Numbered from the stretch's first letter, positions 15,781-23,819 are shown. The stretch is DNA of 32,000 nucleotides from Pyrodictium occultum (GCF_001462395.1 NZ_LNTB01000001.1:840001-872000), one strand, 5' to 3'. Numbers and translations are program-made. Notes: generated by a model from the letters alone, not told the origin.

Positions 15781-16200
15781 CTACACATCCCTCGGGCCAG
15801 CCGCTGCCTCTACAAGCCGGTCTAGACCCTCCTCAATCCTCATACGGCCCTGAAGCCTCATGACCGGCTCTCCTCCAATATACAGCACCACCGCGGGGCT
15901 CGCTATCACGTGGTGGTGGTAGAAGAGGCTCCGGGCGTCCGCGTCTAGGCACGTCTTGTGGAACCTGGTGCACACCACCAGGTATACTTTCAGCTTGGTG
16001 CCCAGGGCCTCTCCCAGCTTCTCGGAGAGCTTCTGGAGCACCTCGTTGCAGGAGTGCCTGCACACAACATTAACGAACACGAGTATCGCGCTATCGAGGC
16101 CCGGCTGCCCCTTGACGCGCTGCCAGCCATGCTCTGGATCGTAGCTGAAGACGCCCTCCTCCAGCTCCGGGCACAGTAGCGGTCCACGGGCCTCAGCCAA
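15781..16200 (-). CDS. thioredoxin-like fold protein (hypothetical)
   Basis: 139 aa from TTG 16200. AILVFVNVVCRHSCNEVLQKL (Cys pair after a beta strand) and SPAVVLYIGGEPV resemble a thioredoxin-like beta-alpha-beta core. The assignment is weak. Confidence 0.5.
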   Translation of the reverse strand: MAEARGPLLCPELEEGVFSYDPEHGWQRVKGQPGLDSAILVFVNVVCRHSCNEVLQKLSEKLGEALGTKLKVYLVVCTRFHKTCLDADARSLFYHHHVIASPAVVLYIGGEPVMRLQGRMRIEEGLDRLVEAAAGPRDV

Positions 16201-16434
16201 AGCCGCTCCCGCGAATTTCAGCGAGGTTTTCGCAAGATTTCCAATTAGCTTTGCGCTTATGGCCCGCGGGCCCCTGGCGCCCGGGGGCTCGGGCGTGTAG
16301 GGGGCGTCAGGGTCGCTCCACCACTCCTCATCCAGGGGGTGTTGGCGTCGGCACGTCCCTACTACCTCACCCGCCCCCTGGTGGTCCAGGGTGCCCGCCC
16401 ACCCGGTGCTAATATAGCCGTGGCCCTCCGGGGC

Positions 16435-17304
16435 TTAGGGTAGGCTCCTTAGCTTCTCGAGCCCCTTGCCGGGCTCCACCCTGTAGACGCCCTCCAGCTC
16501 GACCGTCTCGAGGGCCAGCCCCTCCTCAAGGGCTAGGTCGCGGAGCGTGCTTGATATGTATCCCGCGGCGCCCTCCGCCTGGAAGCCTATGGGCTGGTAG
16601 TACCTCTTCCTGGCCTCGTCGAGGCCTGGCCTGAGGTAGCCGGTAACGTAGAGGCTCGGCTCGATGCCGTCACGCCTCCTCTCCAGAACCACTACCGCGA
16701 GGTCGAGGGCGTTCCTGGTGAACGCCGTGGCCTCTGCCAGCGCCTCCGCCAGCCCAACGCCCATTCTAATCCTTCTTGCGAGTAGCACGGCTAGCATGTG
16801 GCTGTCAGTGTACATGTCTGCCTCCAGCCCTAGAGCCCCGGCCAGCTTCTCCTTATCGAGCCCACCGTTGTGGGCTAGGTAGAGCTCGAGGCTGCCTCCG
16901 GGCGTTTCCAGCGTGACGGGGTAGGGGTGGGCGTTCAGCGTGCCCCGGGGCTCCCTCCGCCCAGCCCTCCTGGCATGGGCCACCACGTAGGCCTCCTCGG
17001 CAGCGGCTATGAGGCCCGCCGCCCGCTCTGCGGCGCCGCTCAGCGCTTCAAGGTTGGCCTTGCAGGCCTCCTCCTCGCCGGCGGCGGGGGTCTTGGCGTC
17101 GAACCTCTCGTAGAGGAGCCTCCAGGAGCCCGCCAGCCTGGCGGCTATGAGGAAGCCGTAGCCGTGGCAGTGCCTGGCCTCGCCCCCGGTAACCTCGGCA
17201 AGGTAGGGGTCGCCCGATGCGGCCCTCGCGAGGAGCCGTAGCAGCCTTGCCAGGAGCCAGGCGCCGTCCCTGCTCCACGCGGCACCCGCCAGCATGCGGC
17301 ACAA
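16435..17304 (-). CDS. class II (Ntn-type) glutamine amidotransferase-like protein
   Basis: Family motifs are CRMLAG at the would-be N terminus, HCHGYGF, HARRAGRREPRGTLNAHPYP and LAHNGGL. Class II amidotransferases need Cys as residue 1 of the mature protein. An in-frame TTG (17304) immediately precedes that Cys (TTG TGC CGC ATG CTG). The longest ORF (ATG 17553, 372 aa) adds 84 R/P/G-rich residues and runs through the AT-rich putative cobT promoter. The longer form with an autoprocessed propeptide cannot be excluded. Confidence 0.7.
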   Translation of the reverse strand: MCRMLAGAAWSRDGAWLLARLLRLLARAASGDPYLAEVTGGEARHCHGYGFLIAARLAGSWRLLYERFDAKTPAAGEEEACKANLEALSGAAERAAGLIAAAEEAYVVAHARRAGRREPRGTLNAHPYPVTLETPGGSLELYLAHNGGLDKEKLAGALGLEADMYTDSHMLAVLLARRIRMGVGLAEALAEATAFTRNALDLAVVVLERRRDGIEPSLYVTGYLRPGLDEARKRYYQPIGFQAEGAAGYISSTLRDLALEEGLALETVELEGVYRVEPGKGLEKLRSLP

Positions 17305-17430
17305 GGCCCGGCGGCCACCAGGGCTTCGCAAAGGAGGGGCGGCTGGGATAATGTGGCTGCCGGCGCCGCGTGGGCGGCCTCGGCTCACGGCCGTAGCCCA
17401 CACCGCCCCCTCCGCCCCGGGGGCTTCGGG

Positions 17431-17448
17431 CTGACGTGCACACGTCAG
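17431..17448. repeat. 18-nt inverted repeat CTGACGTG-CA-CACGTCAG in the divergent amidotransferase/cobT region
   Basis: Perfect 8-bp arms, read directly from the sequence. The repeat is intergenic only if the amidotransferase starts at 17304. Confidence 0.5.
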
Positions 17449-17525
17449 CGGCCTCCAGAGGGCCTTCCCCGCATCCTCGGGGCGCTCTATAAGCTTGTAG
17501 CCGCCGGCCAGCCCCGCGGGTAGAG

Positions 17526-17535
17526 GTAAATAGTT
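17526..17535 (+). promoter_or_regulatory. TATA-like box upstream of the cob operon
   Basis: GTAAATAGTT lies ~40 nt upstream of ATG 17573. A second box, TCTATAAGC, at 17487-17495 lies ~80 nt upstream. Confidence 0.3.
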
Positions 17536-17572
17536 GGACCCTAGGGCCAACATCCTTCGGGGCTCCTAGGCC

Positions 17573-18685
17573 ATGCACACCTCTCAGGGGTTGGACGCCT
17601 ACGGCCCCGCTGCCGGGGAGGTGCTGGAGGCGCTGCGAGGCCGGGTCCTCTTCTCCGTGGTGGCCGGGAGCACGGCGACGTCCACCATACCGGGGATAAG
17701 CATAGCCGGGCCCAGCCCGGAAGCCACCGTCCTCACCCCCACGCTCGACGCGGAGTACCTGCTGGCCGGCCGCCCCCTAACGCTCAGCGTGGTCCCCGTC
17801 TCGCCCGAGGGCCTCCCGACGCCCGCGGTCATATCGAGGGCCATAGTGGCTAACAGGCTTGGGCTGCCCCTGCTCGTCGTCGACGCGGGCTGCAAGCAGG
17901 TACCGAGGGTGCCTCACGCAGCCCTCCCCTCGAGGATGCCTGGAGGGAGGATAGACAAGGAGCCCGCGCTTCCCAGGGGCACCGCGCGCAGCCTCTACAT
18001 GGAGGCCCGGCTCTTGGGCTCCAGCCTTGCGCGGGGCCTCGACGCGCTCGTGGCGGGCGAGACCATACCCGGCGGCACCACTGTGGCGGCAGCGGTTATG
18101 GAGGCCTTAGGCTACCGGGCGCTGGGCAGGGTGAGCAGCAGCTCCGCGAGCAACCCTCACGGGCTCCGCGAGCGGGTTGTGAGGGCAGCCCTCTCCAGGC
18201 TGCACGGCGCCGGCGACGTGTTCGAGGCTGTAGACGAGATCGGGGACCCGGTCCACGTCTCCCTCGCCGGCCTGGCGGCCGGCGCCGTGGAGGCGGGCGC
18301 GTGGGCCGTGCTGGCCGGCGGCACCCAGATGGCCGCGGTGCTGGCGATACTCTCCAGGGCGGAGCCCAAGGCGCTGGAGAGGGTGGCTGTGGCGACCACG
18401 CCGTGGATAATCAGGGACGGGACGGCCGACCTCCTGGGCCTGGTGCGCGACATAGCCCCCAGGGTGGCGGTGCTAGCCGCCAGGTTCTCCATGGCCGGGT
18501 CGAGGCACGCCGGGCTCCGGGCCTACGAGAAGGGCTACGTGAAGGAGGGTGTGGGCGCCGGCGGCGCGCTAGTCCTCGGCGCGGCCCGCGGGCTCCCGGC
18601 CAGGGAGATGCTGGAGGCGGTCGAGGAGGAGTATGAGAGGATAACCCGTGGTGCCGGGGATGCCGGCTCCCGGGGCCAGGCTTGA
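17573..18685 (+). CDS. cobT: archaeal-type nicotinate-nucleotide--dimethylbenzimidazole phosphoribosyltransferase (UPF0284/MJ1598-like CobT)
   Basis: 370 aa. TIPGISIAGPSPEATVLTPTLDAEYLL, PTPAVISRA and GETIPGGTTVAAAVMEALGY....SSSSASNPHGL match the archaeal CobT family as I recall it. It is the first gene of a cobalamin operon. Confidence 0.82.
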   Translation: MHTSQGLDAYGPAAGEVLEALRGRVLFSVVAGSTATSTIPGISIAGPSPEATVLTPTLDAEYLLAGRPLTLSVVPVSPEGLPTPAVISRAIVANRLGLPLLVVDAGCKQVPRVPHAALPSRMPGGRIDKEPALPRGTARSLYMEARLLGSSLARGLDALVAGETIPGGTTVAAAVMEALGYRALGRVSSSSASNPHGLRERVVRAALSRLHGAGDVFEAVDEIGDPVHVSLAGLAAGAVEAGAWAVLAGGTQMAAVLAILSRAEPKALERVAVATTPWIIRDGTADLLGLVRDIAPRVAVLAARFSMAGSRHAGLRAYEKGYVKEGVGAGGALVLGAARGLPAREMLEAVEEEYERITRGAGDAGSRGQA

Positions 18686-19742
18686 GGGCGACACCCTGGT
18701 GGTGGAGCTGGGGGGCAGGTACAAGGTCCTCTCCAGCATCTCAGGGCTGGTCTCCTCAGAGCACATAGTGTTCCACCACGTGCCCAGGGGCTTCAGCGTC
18801 CGCGACGTGGAGGCCTACCGCCGCGAGGTGGCTAGAAGCCACGGGCTCCCGGAGGAGACGCCGGTCTTCCTCACAGCAGTGGAGCCCGGCCGCCACCAGG
18901 TGCTGAGCAGCGGCGGCGTCCACGTGGTGGCCACGGTGGGGCTCGAGCCCCCGGTCTGCGTGGAGCAGGAGCGGCTCTACGAGCCCCCCATGGCCGGCAC
19001 GATAAACATAGCAGTGATAGTGGAGGAGCAAGTCCTCACGCCGGCGGGGCTCGTGGACCTCCTCCGCGTGGCCGTGGAGGCTAAGACGCTCGCGGCCTCC
19101 CTCCTCCTGCTCCCCTGCAGGGGCCGCGCCTCCGGCACAGCCACCGACGCGGTGGCGGTGGCGGCCAGGGTGGATGAGAAGGGCCTCCCCTGGGCCGGGA
19201 TGGCCACGAGGCTCGGCAACACCGTGGCGAGGCTTGTCCGCGAGGCCGTGCTCCGGGGCGACAGGAGGAGCCTAGGGGAGAGGCTGCGCGGGGCGCTGGG
19301 CCTCGGCCCCGAGGAGCTGCTCGAGGACATGCTGCGGATGTACCGCCGCGCCCCGGTGCCCGGGGTGAGCCTGGAGGAGGCCTCCAGGCTGCTCCAGGAG
19401 ATGCTTGACAGGGTGCTCCGCGACCCCAACGTCTGGGCCTTCCTCGTCGCCGCCAGGGAGCTTGACATCCACGGCGTCTCTGGCACCCTGCCCGGGCTCA
19501 GCCGCGGGGGCTTCGAGGCGGACAGCAGGGGCATAGTCGCTGACGAGGCGCTCGCAGCCGCGCTCGCGCTCTACCTGGCGGGGTTCCGCGGGCTCCTTGC
19601 AGCCTACTGGGTCGACCGCTCCAAGCACGAGGCTGGCCTGCGCCTGGCCAGCCTGCCCGTCTTCGGGGATGACGCGGCCGCCGCGCTCGCGGGGGCGCTG
19701 CTCGCCAGGCTCTACGACCGGCTGCTGGGCACCGGCGTCTAG
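18648..19742 (+). CDS. cbiZ: adenosylcobinamide amidohydrolase CbiZ fused to a PgpA/CobZ-like C-terminal domain
   Basis: 364 aa, overlapping cobT by 38 nt (ATG alternative at 18660). CbiZ motifs are GTINIAVIVEE, LLRVAVEAKTLAA and SGTATDAVAVA. The C-terminal ~150 aa carry GIVADEALAAALALYLA and FGDDAAAALAGALLARL, reminiscent of the PgpA-type (V/I)(I/V)DE and DDxxAG motifs of the alpha-ribazole-phosphate phosphatase CobZ. Confidence 0.78.
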   Translation: MVPGMPAPGARLEGDTLVVELGGRYKVLSSISGLVSSEHIVFHHVPRGFSVRDVEAYRREVARSHGLPEETPVFLTAVEPGRHQVLSSGGVHVVATVGLEPPVCVEQERLYEPPMAGTINIAVIVEEQVLTPAGLVDLLRVAVEAKTLAASLLLLPCRGRASGTATDAVAVAARVDEKGLPWAGMATRLGNTVARLVREAVLRGDRRSLGERLRGALGLGPEELLEDMLRMYRRAPVPGVSLEEASRLLQEMLDRVLRDPNVWAFLVAARELDIHGVSGTLPGLSRGGFEADSRGIVADEALAAALALYLAGFRGLLAAYWVDRSKHEAGLRLASLPVFGDDAAAALAGALLARLYDRLLGTGV

Positions 19743-19756
19743 GGCGTGGACCCGGC

Positions 19757-20293
19757 TTGATGGCCGCGGCCGCGGTGATAATGGCCGGCGGGAGGGCTAG
19801 GAGGCTGGGGGGCGTGGCTAAGCCCCTGCTCCGGGTCTGCGGCTCCACGATTCTCGAGCGCGTAGCGGCCGCCGCCCTTGAGGCTGCGCGGAGGGTGGCG
19901 GTGGCTCTCTCCCCCTACACGCTTCCCGCGGCCAAGCCTCTCTGCCCCCGGCTCCCGGTAGACGCGTGCATGGAGCTCCCGGGCGCCGGCTACCCAGCCG
20001 ACATGAGGCTCGCGGCCGAGGCTGTGAGGGCTAGGCCCCTCCTGTTCCTCCCCGCGGACACGCCCTTCCTCAGCCCCCGGAGGCTCAGGAGGTTTGTCAG
20101 GGAGGCTGTGGCGGCGGCCGCGGGCCTGGCCACCCTCGAGGCAGGCGGCCGGGGGCCGCTGGGCGTCTCCCTGCTCCTCGGCGGCTGGGAGCCCTGGGTG
20201 ACGATCCGGCAGGAGTGGGGGCCCGACCTCCTCAACGTGAACACCCCGGAGGACCTTGTGGAGGCTGAGAGGCTTTGCCGGCGGCTAGCCTGA
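19757..20293 (+). CDS. cobY: adenosylcobinamide-phosphate guanylyltransferase, archaeal CobY type
   Basis: 178 aa (TTG 19757 or ATG 19760). It has the nucleotidyltransferase motif VIMAGGRARRLGGVAKPLLRVCG, FLPADTPFLS and LLNVNTPEDLVEAE, similar to M. jannaschii CobY as I recall it. The cob operon context agrees. Confidence 0.75.
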   Translation: MMAAAAVIMAGGRARRLGGVAKPLLRVCGSTILERVAAAALEAARRVAVALSPYTLPAAKPLCPRLPVDACMELPGAGYPADMRLAAEAVRARPLLFLPADTPFLSPRRLRRFVREAVAAAAGLATLEAGGRGPLGVSLLLGGWEPWVTIRQEWGPDLLNVNTPEDLVEAERLCRRLA

Positions 20294-21333
20294 GGATCCA
20301 CGGGGGCAGCCCGCCGCCCTGCTGCCACGACTTCAGCGCTCCTGCCAACCCGCTGGGGCCCCCGGCCTGGCTGGGCGAGCTTCTGGAGGAGTGCATGGCG
20401 AGGAGGGTTCACCTCCGCTACCCGAGCCCTGGCCTCGAGGAGCTGCGGGAGGCTATAGCCTGGTTCCACCGCGCCGACCCCCGGATGATAGTGGTGGTTA
20501 ACGGCGCAGCCGAGGCGCTGGCGGTGCTCCCGCTCCTCCTCCACGCGGAGAGGCTCGTCGTGGTCGAGCCCGGGTTCGGGGACCACGGGGTCCAGGCGCC
20601 GGCCATGGGGCTGGGGCTGGCAAGGGTGGTCATGGAGAGGGGCGGGGAGGGCTTCACTATCGACGAGGCCCGTGTGCTCGAGGCGGCGGAGGAGGGCTCA
20701 GTGGTGGTCCTCTCCAGGCCCAGTAACCCGACCGGCTACCTGGCGCCCGCCGACCTCCTCGCGGACCTCGCCCGCAGGCTCGCGGAGAGGGGCTCGTGGC
20801 TTGTGGTGGACGAGGCTTTCATCGACCTCTCGCCGGGCGCGGAGCCGCTGGAGCCGGGCCCCGGCCTGGTGGTGGTCCGGAGCCTCACCAAGACCTTCGC
20901 CTCCCCGGGGCTCCGGCTGGGCTACATCTACGCCGAGGAGTGGCTGGCCAGGAAGCTGGACGGCGCTCGCCAGCCCTGGCCCGTAGGGGGTCTCGAGGCC
21001 TGCGTCTACCCCAGGCTGCTCCACGACCCCCGGAGCCGGGACTACGTCGCCAGGGGCCGCGAGCTGGCGGCGCTGGAGTCCAGGAGGCTCGCCCGGAGGC
21101 TCGCGGAGATGGGGCTGCGCGTCTACCCCTCCAGGGCGCCCTTCCTGCTCCTGGGGCATCCCTGGCTCCCCCACCCCGCGATGCAGGAGGCCCTCACGGC
21201 CCAGGGGGTCTACGTGAGGGATGCCTCGAGCTTCCACGGGCTGGGCCCGGGCTACAGCAGGGTCTCGATCAGAACCCCTGGTGAGAACGATGTCCTCCTA
21301 CGCGCGTTCGAGAGGGCGCTCGAGGGGGGCTAG
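20275..21333 (+). CDS. cobD: L-threonine-O-3-phosphate decarboxylase (class I/II aminotransferase fold)
   Basis: 352 aa. Motifs are IHGG....DFSAPANPLGPP at the N terminus, SRPSNPTG, VVDEAFIDL and the PLP-lysine motif SLTKTFASPGLRLGY. It overlaps cobY by 19 nt. HisC-like function cannot be excluded on sequence alone. Confidence 0.8.
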   Translation: MPAASLRIHGGSPPPCCHDFSAPANPLGPPAWLGELLEECMARRVHLRYPSPGLEELREAIAWFHRADPRMIVVVNGAAEALAVLPLLLHAERLVVVEPGFGDHGVQAPAMGLGLARVVMERGGEGFTIDEARVLEAAEEGSVVVLSRPSNPTGYLAPADLLADLARRLAERGSWLVVDEAFIDLSPGAEPLEPGPGLVVVRSLTKTFASPGLRLGYIYAEEWLARKLDGARQPWPVGGLEACVYPRLLHDPRSRDYVARGRELAALESRRLARRLAEMGLRVYPSRAPFLLLGHPWLPHPAMQEALTAQGVYVRDASSFHGLGPGYSRVSIRTPGENDVLLRAFERALEGG

Positions 21334-22072
21334 GCCTCCGGGGGCTGCTAGGAGGCTGGCCTGCCTGGCGTCGTTCCTCACGCGGCTCCCTCTGGGCTGC
21401 CACGATATCGAGGAGGCTGCCAGGGGCTACCCCCTGGTCCCCCTAGTCGGGCTAGTCGAGGGAGTGCTCGTCTACGCTGCCATGCTGGCCTCCCGGCTCC
21501 CCGGCGTAGCGGCCGCCCTCGGGCTGGCGGCCCACGTGCTGGTGACCGGGGCCCTCCACTTGGACGGCTTCGCCGACTACAGCGACGCTGCCGGCGCCGG
21601 CGCTCGCGGCGACAGGGCGCTGGAGGTAATGAAGGATCCGAGGCGCGGAGGCTTCGCGCTAGCCTATACGGCCACCCTCCTGCTGGCCAAGTACGCGGGC
21701 TTCATGGCGGCGTGGCGTCGCTGGCCGGTGGTGCTCGCCTCCTACCTGGCAGCAGCCGAGGCCATGTACATGGTCTCCCTGCTCCTCCCCGCCCCGGGCT
21801 ACGAGGGGCTCGGCAGTCTCTTCCGGAGGCTCGGCACCGGGGGAGGCGCGGCCACGGTTAACATGGCCGTCTACGCGCTTGCGGCCCTGGCGCTCCTGCT
21901 CCAGGATCCTCTGGGGGCTTCCGCGGCGCTGGCTGGGGGCGTGGCGGCCGCCCTGGTGGCGGCCCGGGACGCTCGGGGGAGGCTCGGCTACGCCTCGGGC
22001 GACGTGCTCGGCTTCGCCTACGAGCTCGCCCATACATCCGCCCTCCTAGCGGCCGCGCTGCTCGCCGGCTAG
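21290..22072 (+). CDS. cobS: adenosylcobinamide-GDP ribazoletransferase (cobalamin synthase)
   Basis: It has FLTRLPLG near the N terminus, HLDGFADYSDA and multiple TM helices. The track ORF opens at 21221, deep inside cobD. In-frame ATG 21290 (MSSYARS...) is the first plausible start and still overlaps cobD by 44 nt. Confidence 0.82.
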   Translation: MSSYARSRGRSRGARPPGAARRLACLASFLTRLPLGCHDIEEAARGYPLVPLVGLVEGVLVYAAMLASRLPGVAAALGLAAHVLVTGALHLDGFADYSDAAGAGARGDRALEVMKDPRRGGFALAYTATLLLAKYAGFMAAWRRWPVVLASYLAAAEAMYMVSLLLPAPGYEGLGSLFRRLGTGGGAATVNMAVYALAALALLLQDPLGASAALAGGVAAALVAARDARGRLGYASGDVLGFAYELAHTSALLAAALLAG

Positions 22073-22087
22073 GGGTGCCGCGGCGCC

Positions 22088-23039
22088 ATGGCTCCCGCGT
22101 GGCTCCCCGTGTGGCTCTATCCCGGGAGAGTCCTTCTGGCCGAGGCTATCCTACTGGCTCATGTGCTCGACTTCATCTACCCCTTCCACCGGGGCCTCCT
22201 GCTCCGGGTGCACCCCGTCCACACCTCCTACTTCATGGCCAAGCGGCTGGCTCCCCCCCGGCTCGGGCAGGCTCCGGGGCGCTGCGGCCTGGGCGGCTGT
22301 GGTGGGCTCCCACCTGGCGGGCTACGCGCTCCTCCTCTACGCCGCGTGGAGGCTCAGCCCCCTGGCCTGGCTCCTGGCCGCCTCCTGGGTGCTGAAGACC
22401 TCGTTCTCGCTCCGCCTCCTACTGGAGACCGTCTGGCGGGCCGCGGCGCTCATGGAGAAGGGCTGCGTCGACCAGGCCCGCAGCCTGGTCCAGGGCCTGG
22501 TGCGCCGCGACGTCTACAGGCTGGGCCCTGGCCACGTGGCGAGCGCGGCGGTGGAGAGCCTCGCGGAGAGCCTGGTGGACGGCTACACCTCGCCGCTCTT
22601 CTACACGCTGCTCCTCGGGCCGCTCGGCGGCCTCCTCCAGAGGCTGGCTAACACGCTCGACGGCGCCCTCGGCTTCAAGACGCCGGAGTACCTGGAGGCC
22701 GGCTGGGCGAGCGCATGGGTGGACACGCTGCTCAACTACGTCCCCGCCCGCGTCACCGCCGTGCTGATAGCCCTGGCCTCCCCCGCCGCCGGGGGCAGCG
22801 TGGCGGCGGCGCTGCGGGTCTGGAGCCGCTACGCCTCCTCCACCGAGAGCAGGAACGCCGGCCACCCGATGAGCGCCATGGCGGGCGCGCTGGGAGTGAG
22901 GCTGGAGAAGCCCAGCAACTACGCGCTCGGGGAGGCCCAGCTACCCGGTCCCCGGGAGATGAGGCGCGCTGTGCGCGTCGCCCTGCTGGTGGCCGCTGCC
23001 TGGCTCCTGCTGGCACTGCTCGCCCTCACGCTGGCCTAG
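22088..23039 (+). pseudogene. cbiB: adenosylcobinamide-phosphate synthase CbiB, interrupted by a +1 frameshift in a C7 homopolymer (or a sequencing error)
   Basis: The frame opened at ATG 22088 encodes a genuine CbiB N terminus (LLAHVLDFIYPFHRGLLLRVHPVHTSYFMAKRLAPP) and then degenerates. The frame of track ORF 22161..23039 is junk until ~22260. It then encodes the rest of CbiB (VESLAESLVDGYTSPLFY, ANTLDGALGFK, DTLLNYVPARV, SRNAGHPMSAMAGALGVRLEKP). The switch coincides with CCCCCCC at 22253-22259. Removing one C gives one 316-aa ORF. Confidence 0.8.
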
Positions 23040-23815
23040 CAGTGGCAGTCCGGCAGCTCTATGCCGGTGAGGGCCTCCAGCTCCGTCCTGCCCAGCGCCT
23101 CGGTGCCGGCTCCCTGCTCCGCGGGGGTCTTCGGCCTGTCGGCGACGAGCGTGAGGCCGTGGCGGCGGAGGATGCTGCGGAGCAACTCCTTCCCCTCCCA
23201 CACGCTCTGCCGGAGGCACTCGAGGGGCGTGCTCATAACAGTCTCGAGCACCTCGTCGCTGAGCAGGGGTGCGTGGGCCTCCACGCCGATACACTCGGCC
23301 AGCTCCATGCCCGGGTACCTGCCCCTAGCGGCCATCCGGAGTATTGTATCCCTCAGTTCCCCGGGGCCTAGGCTCAGCATGAACCGGTAGCCAGCGAACA
23401 CCTCGTCGCCCCCCTCGCCTAGGAGGATGTAGCGGCAGCCAAGCCTCCTAGCCTCCTCAAGCGCCCGGAGGAATACAATGTCGTTCCTCAGCTCCACGTG
23501 GTCCCTCCTGCCCGTGCACCTTATGACCAGTGGTGCGTGCCCCGCTATGTAGCCCGGGTCTACGGGGACAACGTGGAGCTCTATCCCCAGCTTGCCGGCC
23601 ACGTAGAGTGCGTAGGGGAGGTCTCTCGGCAGCCCCCGGGTGTAGAAGGCCGTGACCCCGCGTAGGGGCAGGGCCTCCAGCCTCGCGGCGAGCGCCACCA
23701 CGGTGGTGTCGATGCCGCCGCTCATAGCTATGCAGTCGCAGCCCACGCTTCCGACGTAGCGGCGCAGGGCGCTTAGCACAAGCTCCTCAGCCGCTCTGCA
23801 GGAGAGCCCGGCCAC
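23036..23815 (-). CDS. asparagine synthetase-like PP-loop ATP pyrophosphatase (synthetase domain only)
   Basis: 259 aa. It has the PP-loop AMSGGIDTTVVA and the AsnB-type motif LLGEGGDEVFAGY, with no N-terminal glutaminase domain. Its stop overlaps the cbiB stop within CTAG (23036-23039). Confidence 0.72.
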   Translation of the reverse strand: MAGLSCRAAEELVLSALRRYVGSVGCDCIAMSGGIDTTVVALAARLEALPLRGVTAFYTRGLPRDLPYALYVAGKLGIELHVVPVDPGYIAGHAPLVIRCTGRRDHVELRNDIVFLRALEEARRLGCRYILLGEGGDEVFAGYRFMLSLGPGELRDTILRMAARGRYPGMELAECIGVEAHAPLLSDEVLETVMSTPLECLRQSVWEGKELLRSILRRHGLTLVADRPKTPAEQGAGTEALGRTELEALTGIELPDCHC

Positions 23816-23819
23816 CCAG

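Noticed and set aside
16270-16330. C/D-box-like GATGAGGA ... CTGA on the minus strand of the 16.2-16.4 kb spacer
   Set aside because: The C box is imperfect (not RUGAUGA). No C'/D' pair or terminal stem is present, and the spacing (~20 nt) is too short for a guide sRNA.
17305-17572. Cobalamin riboswitch upstream of the cob operon
   Set aside because: I found no B12-box-like core (GCCACTG-type) or matching conserved stems by eye. A formal Infernal scan would be needed to exclude it fully.
22161-22260. ATG 22161 as an independent start of cbiB
   Set aside because: The first ~33 residues from that start (MCSTSSTPSTGASCSGCTPSTPPTSWPSGW) are an out-of-frame reading of the genuine CbiB N terminus, which is encoded in the frame opened at 22088.
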